Below, in pieces: positions 27,703 to 37,455 of a stretch of 64,000 nucleotides of DNA. The notes under the pieces are model-generated. The model was not told the DNA's origin, ran no database searches, and saw only the letters and a list, made by a program, of their open reading frames with translations. This DNA is from a virus. The stretch is from positions 32,001 to 96,000 of IMG/VR virus record IMGVR_UViG_3300042566_000762, one strand, 5' to 3'. Positions within the stretch are counted from its first letter, which is position 1. Each line of letters opens with the position of its first letter. The translations under genes were made by a program, and so were the position numbers.

Positions 27703-29144
27703 TAAATAATTAAGTTATTTTGAATAGAATACAATTCGTTTATAAAATCTGCACCATATAATTTTGTGTTATTATATTCTAAAAATAATTTTTGATTATG
27801 TAGTAATATATCTTCCATTTTCCAATACCATTCATGCAATTCTTCATTTGACATTGAACACAATCTTTTAATTTCATTGTGTATAGCTATCATTCTATCT
27901 GCTGTCGACTCAATTGTATCATATGTCTCATCTATGAATCCGTCAAATGTTTTAAATCCTAAGTCTCTTAACAATTGTAAACCCCCTGCAAATGTTACAA
28001 ATATAAATGGTTGAAAATTAACAATAGGTTTAAATATTTTTTCAGTAAGAGATTTATGTTCACCATCTACCAATGTTTCAAATAATATTTCAAAATAAGA
28101 ATCCAAATGTGGTTTAAAATCAACATCAGTCCATGCATTTATTTCTCCGTAAGTATTTCCTGTTTCACTTTGTAAATTATGTGGAAACATCGTATATGCT
28201 GATTTAATTTTGTCTGCATCTATATCATGTAATTTATACTCAGATATTAAATGCCTTAAACTGGGTTCATTTAATCCGTTTGTTGATAAAAATGACCAAT
28301 CTCCATATTGTAATAAATCATCATTTATCATTCTATACATAACTGCCAACCTATGTAATCTGGCATTTCGCATTTTCATTAAGTATTTGTTTGGTCTTAT
28401 TGTATTTTTACTGTTATTAAAATCATCTATATTCATTGATAATTTTAAATTATTTTTTATGCCATCGGAATAAAACCAAGAACCATGGTCTAAACAAAAT
28501 GGTAAATTTCTAACTTCGTATTTTCTATCTTGTGGTTTAAACCAATTTTCATACAATTGTCTGGCATTAAAACTATTGACAACAACAAATATTGATGTTG
28601 ATGGTAATCCACTATTTTTTAAACATTCGGTTAATCCGTTATGCATGTTTAAATCTAAAAAAGGTTCCATTGTATAATCTATGTAAATAATTCCTTTTCT
28701 TTTTTTTACTTTTTCCAAAACTTCTCTTGAAATAAATTTCCAAAAATACGAACCATTTAATTTGTCAGCTATACCATTTTGAACGCCTGTGAATTGTGTA
28801 AATATTGGATTTGGTCTAATTGGATATATAAATTTTTTATTTGTATTTCTTTCAAATAAAACCGAAGATTCTTTATAATCTAAATGTTCTCTATAAACAT
28901 TGGCTTGGAAAAAATATCCATGTGCTGTATTGGGATTATGACCCATTGAATCTTCAAACATATCTTTCATAAAAATTTGATTACCTCTATCGGTTGTAGA
29001 TGCTTCAAATATTGTAGAATGCAATGTTCTATTTGTGTGGACAGACGATATATAATTTATGATACCCAGTTGGGTATCTAATGCATTTGGTAATATAAAA
29101 GTAGGAAATATGTAATCAAATACAAATGTTAATTGTTTTTTCAT
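27702..29144 (-). CDS. Putative glycosyltransferase (GT-B, GT10-like C-terminus)
   Basis: R.HR, SYFEI..ET, LTEK.FKPI...QPFI, LRDLGFKTF..FIDE.YD. Confidence 0.55.
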   Translation of the reverse strand: MKKQLTFVFDYIFPTFILPNALDTQLGIINYISSVHTNRTLHSTIFEASTTDRGNQIFMKDMFEDSMGHNPNTAHGYFFQANVYREHLDYKESSVLFERNTNKKFIYPIRPNPIFTQFTGVQNGIADKLNGSYFWKFISREVLEKVKKRKGIIYIDYTMEPFLDLNMHNGLTECLKNSGLPSTSIFVVVNSFNARQLYENWFKPQDRKYEVRNLPFCLDHGSWFYSDGIKNNLKLSMNIDDFNNSKNTIRPNKYLMKMRNARLHRLAVMYRMINDDLLQYGDWSFLSTNGLNEPSLRHLISEYKLHDIDADKIKSAYTMFPHNLQSETGNTYGEINAWTDVDFKPHLDSYFEILFETLVDGEHKSLTEKIFKPIVNFQPFIFVTFAGGLQLLRDLGFKTFDGFIDETYDTIESTADRMIAIHNEIKRLCSMSNEELHEWYWKMEDILLHNQKLFLEYNNTKLYGADFINELYSIQNNLII

Positions 29145-29146
29145 AA

Positions 29147-29935
29147 TTAATAAAATAATTTAGGGCCTAACCAAAAGGCTTTATTAAATGGTTCTAAAAT
29201 GATTTTAGAGTAAATTTCATGTTGTAATTTAGTTGATTTATTATTAACGGCTTTTAGTGATAACTCATATCTTAGTTTAGATTCTAATGTATCGTATTCA
29301 GGAAAAGTTTCCTTTAAATATTGGTAATGCATCGTTTGAGTTGGGTGTGTATCATAGTCATTTTGGTCATCATATTTTACATATTCTAACTGATTTGGGT
29401 AGTTTTTACGTCTCCAATCATCCATAGATTCTTTCACATCTAACATATCATAAATTGAATCAAAATAATATTGTATTAATTTATTATCTTTATATTCATT
29501 TGATAATGAATTATTATTCATAGATGTCAAAAATGTGTGTTTAATATTTTTTAGTGTTAATATTTCTTTAATAGTTTTAATTGCAATAAATGATTGATAA
29601 ACTGACCATTCACTTGACCACATATTTTCTAAAAACTCATTTGATATGTCAGGATTGAAATAAATATTTCCACCATGCACCCAGTTATTTTTATTTCTAA
29701 AAGAAAGCCTATCCATATTAGTAAACATAACAATTACATAATCCGTTTGATTTAAATTTAAATTATTATTGACTTCTATAAATCTGTTCATTATAAAAGT
29801 ATTGGATGCACCACCTTGTCCAAAATTCATATATTCTTCAAAATTTGCACCCATATAATCGGCCCATGTTGCAGTAAAATATCCAGTATAACTGCAACCA
29901 AATGTTATTAGTCTTTTATTATTAAATGTAGTCAT
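29147..29935 (-). CDS. SGNH-like protein
   Basis: FGCSYT, TWAD, N.G.GGASN, DTHP. Confidence 0.65.
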   Translation of the reverse strand: MTTFNNKRLITFGCSYTGYFTATWADYMGANFEEYMNFGQGGASNTFIMNRFIEVNNNLNLNQTDYVIVMFTNMDRLSFRNKNNWVHGGNIYFNPDISNEFLENMWSSEWSVYQSFIAIKTIKEILTLKNIKHTFLTSMNNNSLSNEYKDNKLIQYYFDSIYDMLDVKESMDDWRRKNYPNQLEYVKYDDQNDYDTHPTQTMHYQYLKETFPEYDTLESKLRYELSLKAVNNKSTKLQHEIYSKIILEPFNKAFWLGPKLFY

Positions 29936-30713
29936 TATTTTTCAATTTATCTAATATTATTTTGTATACTATTTCATGTCCTATATTTGATGTGTGCATT
30001 GTATTCATATCATCAGGATATTGATGGGAAAGTTTCATAAAATCTACATTGGCCAAATTTTTCATAGGAATATATTTATTAAATTCAACCAAATCATATG
30101 TTAAAAATATATGCTTAATACCTTTATTTTTTAATAATGAATGTGCTAAATTCATCATACCAATATCATATTGTCTTTGAATATTATCATCAAATATTTC
30201 TAAATAATATTCTTTTAATAATTTCATTCTAGTTTTACTTTCAGTATCAAATCTACTATAATAATTGGATTTCCAATTTGGATTGTCCATACAATTATCC
30301 ACATAATCAATTATACTATTAAAATTTTCAGTTAATAATTTACCATTATAATCACCATCTAATTGCATTGGATTTGGTATATTATATTTGTAACTATCTT
30401 TACCAAATGGTGGATATTGGTGATAATTCACATTGGTATTCTTAATATCTCCATTAAATTCATAATTTTCAGGAAACCATTCCGTTCGATTATATGTTGT
30501 AACACCGATGCACATTAAATCAATATTTTTATAATTTTCAATTGCATATTTTACTTGTAAAAATATAGAAAAATTAGAACTAGACCCTTTAGCTAAATTT
30601 ATTAAATTTAAATTTAATTTATCAGATAATAGTGAACCATATGGTTCTTTTTCTAAATTATGACAACCAATTCCTATATTAAAAGAATCTCCACAAATAA
30701 CTAAATTATTCAT
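29922..30713 (-). CDS. SGNH-like protein
   Basis: CGDSF..G, NLA.GSSSN, C-terminal H.S..GH. Confidence 0.65.
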   Translation of the reverse strand: MNNLVICGDSFNIGIGCHNLEKEPYGSLLSDKLNLNLINLAKGSSSNFSIFLQVKYAIENYKNIDLMCIGVTTYNRTEWFPENYEFNGDIKNTNVNYHQYPPFGKDSYKYNIPNPMQLDGDYNGKLLTENFNSIIDYVDNCMDNPNWKSNYYSRFDTESKTRMKLLKEYYLEIFDDNIQRQYDIGMMNLAHSLLKNKGIKHIFLTYDLVEFNKYIPMKNLANVDFMKLSHQYPDDMNTMHTSNIGHEIVYKIILDKLKNNDYI

Positions 30714-31587
30714 ATATAAGTTTATTTTGTTTTATATAATCATATAATTCATTTGCCCATATCAAATGCGATTCTTCTGATGGATGCCAACCTGAATATG
30801 GGTTATTTATTGCATTTTGTTCCATAAAAGATTTAAATGTATTATTTTTTTTATTCTTTTTATAAAATCTAATAGAATCAATACTTTCCCACAATGATAC
30901 ATATTCTTGTTTATAGTATTCTCTTTCAAAATTTTTGTTAGTATGATATGGATGATTTTGTAAATGTAATTTTTGCAATTCCAATTTTATATCAATGTCT
31001 TTCCAAACTTCAATAGATGTTCCAACATTTTGATAAAAGGAATTAAATGATAACCATTTTATATTATTTGCTTTACAAAAATTTTCAAATTGTAAAATAT
31101 TCATAATATGTCTTGGTAAATATTCTTCTTTATTCCAAAGATATTCAACATAATAATTCCAAAATTCTTTTTGATTTTCTTTTTGTAGATTTTGAATGGA
31201 TGGCCAGATTCTCATATTGTAATTCAAATCTTCATCTTTATACCAAAAAGAATTTCGTTCAGGAGATGACCAACCAACTAATAAAAATAAATTATCAGTT
31301 GGGATATTTTTTACAATATAATTTGAGGTAACATATGTTATTATTCTGTTTAATATGGTATTATTATCATCTGCAGACCAACTTAAATTTATTACATCTG
31401 CGTCTAATAATTTACCTAAATGAGTTGAAAATATTTTAGATAATCTATATTCGTTATTTTCATTAATCCAATCATATTCTCCGGCATGAGTATTTGTTGG
31501 TTTATTTTTAAGTATATTTGGGTCTAATATTTCTGAACCAAATACCCAGCTATCCCCATCACAAATAATTTTTAATTTCTTTTCCAT
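30706..31587 (-). CDS. SGNH-like protein
   Basis: DGDSW.FG.E, N.S....N, GWS.PER, HP.EESH..WA. Confidence 0.65.
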   Translation of the reverse strand: MEKKLKIICDGDSWVFGSEILDPNILKNKPTNTHAGEYDWINENNEYRLSKIFSTHLGKLLDADVINLSWSADDNNTILNRIITYVTSNYIVKNIPTDNLFLLVGWSSPERNSFWYKDEDLNYNMRIWPSIQNLQKENQKEFWNYYVEYLWNKEEYLPRHIMNILQFENFCKANNIKWLSFNSFYQNVGTSIEVWKDIDIKLELQKLHLQNHPYHTNKNFEREYYKQEYVSLWESIDSIRFYKKNKKNNTFKSFMEQNAINNPYSGWHPSEESHLIWANELYDYIKQNKLIYE

Positions 31588-32273
31588 TATATTAATTTTG
31601 CTTTAAACGCCGTTTCAGTATCGTGATATATTTTATTAAGTATTATTTTAGAAAAATCTCTATGTCCCTTATATGACCAATGTAAATCTTCTATTTCACC
31701 ATTGGTACAAGTTTTTATATTTTCATAAACTGTCCATAATTGTTCTACTTCCCAAAAAACCAATTTATCTATTTTTTTATTTTTTAAATATTTTTTAATA
31801 AAATCAAATCTTAAATTTTGTCTTTTTTTAGTATTTTCATCGCAAAGTAAAGATAAAAAATATTCTATATGTTCTATTTCATTTTTATTAAAATTCAATT
31901 GTTTTAATAATGCCGATGAATTTAAACTAATTGTATTAAATTTATAAATTATATCATTTTTAATATTAAATTCATTATTTGGAATATCAAATCTACTATA
32001 AAAAGTTTTGCCTATTATTACAATATCATCTTTAGAAATCAAATCTATTTTTTCAATTATATTATCAAGTATTCTATCATTTGAAAGGCCGCCATAACCA
32101 AAATTAACTAATTTCAAATTTAATTCATTGGCAACGATATCTGGCCAATGCATGTCACCATCTATTCTATATTTTTGAGAATATTCACATTCTTCATGTG
32201 TTTTATTAAATGTGAACGAATCACCAAAAGTAAATAATTTTTTCATATTAAGGTTGGCCAAAGTTATCACCAT
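31587..32273 (-). CDS. SGNH-like protein
   Basis: FGDSFT, WP, N.G.GG.SN, DLHWS.KGH; likely start at MKKLF (~32246). Confidence 0.65.
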   Translation of the reverse strand: MVITLANLNMKKLFTFGDSFTFNKTHEECEYSQKYRIDGDMHWPDIVANELNLKLVNFGYGGLSNDRILDNIIEKIDLISKDDIVIIGKTFYSRFDIPNNEFNIKNDIIYKFNTISLNSSALLKQLNFNKNEIEHIEYFLSLLCDENTKKRQNLRFDFIKKYLKNKKIDKLVFWEVEQLWTVYENIKTCTNGEIEDLHWSYKGHRDFSKIILNKIYHDTETAFKAKLI

Positions 32274-33114
32274 ACCAATCTACGGAAATTTGATGTATTT
32301 CTTTCCAATTTTTGACACCATCTAATTGTTTATCCTCAGCTTCTTTTCTGACAATATAGTATGGTGTAGTAACTTCTCCTGTCGGATATATTTGCCAATT
32401 TATTAAATGTCTATATAATGTAGTACCGGGTCCTAAATTGAATATTGTTTCATCCATAATTTCGTTTGAATTTAATTTCAACTTATCTGCAGTTACAACT
32501 TTGTGTTGCCATCTAAATGCATTTCCAATAATGTCCATTGTGGGTGAATCTGAATAAAAAAATACATCGTCAAATGAAATTGTATTAAATTCTTTTGGGA
32601 ATCTTGCTAAAAATTCGGCCGATGAATAAGCTGAAAATGGTTGGGTTGGATGAACATAAAATTTATTAGTCATAAAACCAAATCGTGGAAATGGGTCTAA
32701 TGAAAAGTTTAAATCAAATCTACTTTTTATTACTAAATCATATACAAAATCATTTTCAATTTCATATTTTCTTTTTAATTGAACAACTTTCATCAAACTA
32801 TAAAAAAGTGGAGACCATACATTATTAAAATCTGCTGCGTTGTATTTTTCATATTCCATTAAAACCGGGTTGAATGCGTTTTGTATTTCGGTTTCGGTTA
32901 TCGGGTCTAATAAATAATCATCACCTTCCCATCTTTGTTTTGTTTTATCTCTATAACTATTTGTATCCCAAGTATGAACAAAATAATCAACTTCTACTTT
33001 TTGTTTTGTAAAATCATTTACCTTTATATTGAAATAATTTAATATATTTTGTATACCTACTTTGAAAGTTCTGGATTGGCCGGTCAGTAAAATTGCAACT
33101 TTAAATGGTTTCAT
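32248..33114 (-). CDS. Putative glycosyltransferase-like protein (K.A....G..R family)
   Basis: KVAILLTGQSR, DYFVHTW, YDLVIKSRFD, D.FFY. Confidence 0.55.
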   Translation of the reverse strand: MKPFKVAILLTGQSRTFKVGIQNILNYFNIKVNDFTKQKVEVDYFVHTWDTNSYRDKTKQRWEGDDYLLDPITETEIQNAFNPVLMEYEKYNAADFNNVWSPLFYSLMKVVQLKRKYEIENDFVYDLVIKSRFDLNFSLDPFPRFGFMTNKFYVHPTQPFSAYSSAEFLARFPKEFNTISFDDVFFYSDSPTMDIIGNAFRWQHKVVTADKLKLNSNEIMDETIFNLGPGTTLYRHLINWQIYPTGEVTTPYYIVRKEAEDKQLDGVKNWKEIHQISVDWYGDNFGQP

Positions 33115-33116
33115 AT

Positions 33117-33872
33117 TTAAATAAAATTTATTTTTTTATCATTTAAAATATTTAATCTATGCATTTTCATATCAAACATTCTCAGAAAATAACCAAACAT
33201 ATATTCTGGTGATATATTTTTTGGAAACTGTTCACTTTTTAATAATGGTATCATATTATAAATTGAACACAATACATCGAATGTTTGTGAATTTGCAAAG
33301 AATAAATTAAAATTAACAACATCATATGGAAATTCAAATGTCTTTATAACATTGGCTGGAAAAACCATTCTGTCGTTTGGTATTGTAAATTTGTCTAATA
33401 TAGTATTAGTTATAGTATCGTTCATCATTACATCACTTGATAATCTGAAGCAAACATCGTATTCAAAATTGTGTTTTAATTCATATTCTCTTTTAATATG
33501 AGATGCCATCATCATACTATAAAATTCAGGTGCATGCTTTAATAATAAAGATTTATGATGTGTGTTACCTGCATGTTGATATTTTAATTCATTTAATGTA
33601 TCCGCTCTACTTATATATTTTTCAAAGTTTTCAATTTTAATATCTTTGGGTCTTACAAAGTTTTGAAAATCTAACAAAACCGAATTATCTATCATTTTGA
33701 TTTCACTATGGTCATTGATATTAAAATCCCAGGTATGAACAAAAATATCAAATGATGCATCTGTATTAAAATATTTAGATGAATTTAATATTTTATAAAA
33801 TAAATTATTCCATGTAGAATATTTATCTAACCAATTTTTTAAATTACCTGATATACAAACTGCTATTTTCAT
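33117..33872 (-). CDS. Putative glycosyltransferase-like protein, paralogue of 32248-33114
   Basis: KIAVCISG, DIFVHTW, KREYE....F.YD...R..D. Confidence 0.55.
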   Translation of the reverse strand: MKIAVCISGNLKNWLDKYSTWNNLFYKILNSSKYFNTDASFDIFVHTWDFNINDHSEIKMIDNSVLLDFQNFVRPKDIKIENFEKYISRADTLNELKYQHAGNTHHKSLLLKHAPEFYSMMMASHIKREYELKHNFEYDVCFRLSSDVMMNDTITNTILDKFTIPNDRMVFPANVIKTFEFPYDVVNFNLFFANSQTFDVLCSIYNMIPLLKSEQFPKNISPEYMFGYFLRMFDMKMHRLNILNDKKINFI

Positions 33873-33875
33873 ATT

Positions 33876-34631
33876 TTAAAAATATATATTATTTTTGATA
33901 TAAAGTTGTGGGTTATTTCCTTTAAAAGATAAATCCCAAATCTTATAACGATTGTGATTTAAAAAATTACAAAAAAATGAAAAAGAATAATCCGTTTGCA
34001 TTTTGTTATTAATTCGTTTTAAATCTCCAGTAACTTCTATTAAGTTTTCATTATAACTTTTAGATATTTCAATTACATCTTCAATTGTTAAATTTTTTGT
34101 TGATAAAAAAGATAAATCATATTCAAAGTCACCAAAGCTAGAATGTTCATCATCGGAAATCATATTACCACATCCAAACCAATAAAATGCACCTTTATAA
34201 GAAACTTTATCCATATCAATATAATATATTAAACCCACCAATTCGTTGTTTATGTAACAATCAATTGTTTTTTTTGCATCATTACAAATCATTGTATAAT
34301 CATTATATTCATCCCAATTAGATTCATCAAGTAATACGGATACATCTTTATAAATTGGTGTGGTTTTTTCTATATCCGTTGTTTCATAAAACCAATAAGA
34401 AAATTGAATAACAATTTTATCATTTGGGTCTTTGAATGTAGATATGCCAGCATGCATACCATTTCTTGCTAAAATATATGCTGCTTTATTTGTTATTGTT
34501 TCTGGAAACAATTTAGCCTTTACATATAATGTAAAGTCTTTATCCATACATTCATCTATTTTATCGGATAAACCATATATGTTTTCGGTTAATATAAAAA
34601 ATATATTATCTTTATTTATTTTTAAACTCAT
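33876..34631 (-). CDS. Stand-alone LamG/concanavalin A-like domain protein
   Basis: FT....K, I.CYINN, W.GCG, IWDLS..GN; resembles LamG inserts of adjacent GTs. Confidence 0.5.
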   Translation of the reverse strand: MSLKINKDNIFFILTENIYGLSDKIDECMDKDFTLYVKAKLFPETITNKAAYILARNGMHAGISTFKDPNDKIVIQFSYWFYETTDIEKTTPIYKDVSVLLDESNWDEYNDYTMICNDAKKTIDCYINNELVGLIYYIDMDKVSYKGAFYWFGCGNMISDDEHSSFGDFEYDLSFLSTKNLTIEDVIEISKSYNENLIEVTGDLKRINNKMQTDYSFSFFCNFLNHNRYKIWDLSFKGNNPQLYIKNNIYF

Positions 34632-34633
34632 AT

Positions 34634-36046
34634 TTATATTGTTTTACAAAAGTTATAAAATTCTTCTAATTCAGGGAATGTTTTTACAAAATCAGTTCCT
34701 CTTCTTTTATCATGTTCAGTAAAAAATTTGTAAAAATCACTTCGATTTCTCATTTGTTGCTGTGCATCTTGTGGTGAAATCATCCAATCGTATATTCTTT
34801 TAATTTTTTGAACTTCAACATCACTATATCCAATATGTGTATGGTCAAATGATGGTGATGCATAATATGTAATCAATTTAACTTGGTCTACAATATATTT
34901 AGAAAAATCATAAGGAAGAATTTGTACGGTTTGATGTAATGGAAATCTCAAATACGATGAATCCAAAAATGTTGCTGAGTTCCAATATCTATCGGTGCTA
35001 GCATATTCATCTTTTAATTTATAGACTTCATGTATTAATTTATTGTAATTAAATAAACTTAATGCATTATAAGTTGACATAAATGTAACATTTGTTCTAT
35101 TTAATGAACTCAATATTTTATTTACATTATCCCAAAACCTATTAAATTCTAAACCATTACGAATATATTCAGCTTGGGGGCCCCATGTATCACACGATGT
35201 AAATATTACAATTTCTTTAACTCTACCTTCATCTTCAATTTTTTTAATTTTTTGAATAAACTTATTTATCAATTCATCTGGTGCACCTAAATTTGAATTA
35301 ATTGCTAACTTCAATTCTCTATTTGGGTTTTCTTGTTCTAAAATAAAATCCAATACTCCCCAAGTATCTTTTGACAATAAAGGTTCACCACCAGTAATTC
35401 TAAAGGTATGTAAATCCCTATATAATTCAGGCCACCATTTCCAAAATGCGTCTACATATGGATTTGGTTTACTATGTGGAATCGGAAATTTATTTTCAGC
35501 TTTTAACCAATCATCTGAATTAAACTTGTTAGATGTTGGGTATCCACCGAATTTACCAATTTCTTCTACCCATTTAGAACTATATGCGGGCCCGCAATAT
35601 GAACATTTAAAATTACATGCATTACTAAATGAAACTTCTACATATTTTGGATTATAATCATCTCTCCAATTAGAATTAAAAATTTCTTCTTTAAATGGTA
35701 AAGACCAACTTTCACCTGATTTAAAAATTCTATCACTAAATCTATCGGAATTATCTTCTACATTCCAACAATAGTCACACTCTTCAGGTCTTGCACCACT
35801 TAACATTTCTTTTCTGCGAAGTTTTTTATATCTTGTATTATGAAGTGCCGATGGATTACGTTCAATTTCTTTTTCAGAAATTTTATGAGTTCTAGGGTGG
35901 TGACATGAGTGGTTATGACCACTTTGTAATTGTAAAGTTACTTGTGTCCATTTTGCTAAACACATACCAGTTCCTACTTCATTTAATTCGTCTTTTAGTT
36001 TTGTGTAAAACGGATTATCAAAATTTATTTTTTCTTCTTCTGCCAT
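34634..36046 (-). CDS. Radical SAM protein with N-terminal Twitch/SPASM-like Cys cluster
   Basis: CNFKCSYC, TGGEPL; N-terminal CLAKW...SCHH...CDYCW. Confidence 0.85.
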   Translation of the reverse strand: MAEEEKINFDNPFYTKLKDELNEVGTGMCLAKWTQVTLQLQSGHNHSCHHPRTHKISEKEIERNPSALHNTRYKKLRRKEMLSGARPEECDYCWNVEDNSDRFSDRIFKSGESWSLPFKEEIFNSNWRDDYNPKYVEVSFSNACNFKCSYCGPAYSSKWVEEIGKFGGYPTSNKFNSDDWLKAENKFPIPHSKPNPYVDAFWKWWPELYRDLHTFRITGGEPLLSKDTWGVLDFILEQENPNRELKLAINSNLGAPDELINKFIQKIKKIEDEGRVKEIVIFTSCDTWGPQAEYIRNGLEFNRFWDNVNKILSSLNRTNVTFMSTYNALSLFNYNKLIHEVYKLKDEYASTDRYWNSATFLDSSYLRFPLHQTVQILPYDFSKYIVDQVKLITYYASPSFDHTHIGYSDVEVQKIKRIYDWMISPQDAQQQMRNRSDFYKFFTEHDKRRGTDFVKTFPELEEFYNFCKTI

Positions 36047-36048
36047 AA

Positions 36049-37455
36049 TTATACTTTAACATTTATTAATTTGTGTCTGCCGAATATAGTATCCGTATTA
36101 AGATATTCATATTTCATATTATTGATACCATCTTTTTTATAATCAACGTTTCCTTGTTGCATTTCTAATATATATCTTCTCTCATTTTTTGCAGTTGTCT
36201 CACCTTTTGACCACTTATCTATACCACCTTCGGTTATTAGTCCTTCCGTTGGATGTGGTAAACATTTGAATTTTCCATTTTTTCTATAAGGTAATATTGT
36301 ATGTGGTATTTCTATTTTTTCTTTTGTTAATTCAATTCTTCTCATTTTACCAAATTCCAAATTCATAGTGAATATATCTAATATTAAATTATCTTGTGGT
36401 GTTTCTTTGTGTAAATTTTTTATTTCTTCTGGATTTAAACACCTATCCCACATTTTTATATCAGCGATACCACCTTTAAAAAAAACTTCAGTTGGAGATT
36501 TTGAATACCCAATGGTAAATGGTTCCATACCATATCGTTTCAATGGTTCAGTATATTTTAATGGTGATTGTGTTCCGGTTCCCAATCTTGCATCACTTTC
36601 TTGTCCATTTAAATAAAAATGTATTTTTTTATTTTTAGCGTCTACTGAAAGTGTAACCCAACTCCATTGATTTTCATACCTCTTAATCCATTGATATAAA
36701 TGCCCTTTCATTCTATCCCAAAGTTGTATAGTATATGCTCTACTATTATTGAAAGATAATCCCCAATCGTATCCAGGTTTTCTGAATATTGGATACTCCA
36801 TAAATCGCCTATCAGTATCTCCTATTAAGTAAATGGGAACTTTTTCAATCTGTTGTTCAGCTTTTACTAATATAGAAATTGTGTGTGAGTTTGAAAGACA
36901 ATCTTTTTGTTCTTTAGATGGTTCAAATTCAATTTTAGAATTTATTCCATTAAAATTAGCTACATACTTTTCTTCATTATAATCTAATTTTGTTTCTTCT
37001 GCATATCCTTCCATTACACATCTCCAAAATAAATCATCATCTTCCATACCCCAATCCCAATATTCATTTGAGTAACCATTGGTTTTTTCAACTTGTTCTT
37101 TTGAAAATACAACTGCACCTCCAAAATATTCTTGATATTTTAATTGATAATCGGATTGTGAAATACGAACTGCAATGTGTTGGGGATTATCATTAGGAAA
37201 TGAATAATCACAACTATCATCTTCAGGAACCATATCTATATCATGCCAAACGATGTAATCACATCCATCATCAAACGCATGTTTAGCGGCAATGTTTTTC
37301 ATTAAACCTCTATTAAAAAGTTTATCATCGCATTGGTGAGCAAGGTATATAGTGTGTTCGATTCCTCTTTCTTCTAAGAATTTTGTAATATGGGGAACAA
37401 ATATATGCATATGCTCCTCTCTATTTCTATATGGTACACATACTCCTAATTTCAT
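36049..37455 (-). CDS. GT7 (beta-1,4-galactosyltransferase-like) with inserted LamG domain
   Basis: VPYRNR, FNRG, HDID, YFGG, NGY.N.YW.WG.EDDD; LamG F.G.I.D...W.R.L. Confidence 0.8.
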   Translation of the reverse strand: MKLGVCVPYRNREEHMHIFVPHITKFLEERGIEHTIYLAHQCDDKLFNRGLMKNIAAKHAFDDGCDYIVWHDIDMVPEDDSCDYSFPNDNPQHIAVRISQSDYQLKYQEYFGGAVVFSKEQVEKTNGYSNEYWDWGMEDDDLFWRCVMEGYAEETKLDYNEEKYVANFNGINSKIEFEPSKEQKDCLSNSHTISILVKAEQQIEKVPIYLIGDTDRRFMEYPIFRKPGYDWGLSFNNSRAYTIQLWDRMKGHLYQWIKRYENQWSWVTLSVDAKNKKIHFYLNGQESDARLGTGTQSPLKYTEPLKRYGMEPFTIGYSKSPTEVFFKGGIADIKMWDRCLNPEEIKNLHKETPQDNLILDIFTMNLEFGKMRRIELTKEKIEIPHTILPYRKNGKFKCLPHPTEGLITEGGIDKWSKGETTAKNERRYILEMQQGNVDYKKDGINNMKYEYLNTDTIFGRHKLINVKV

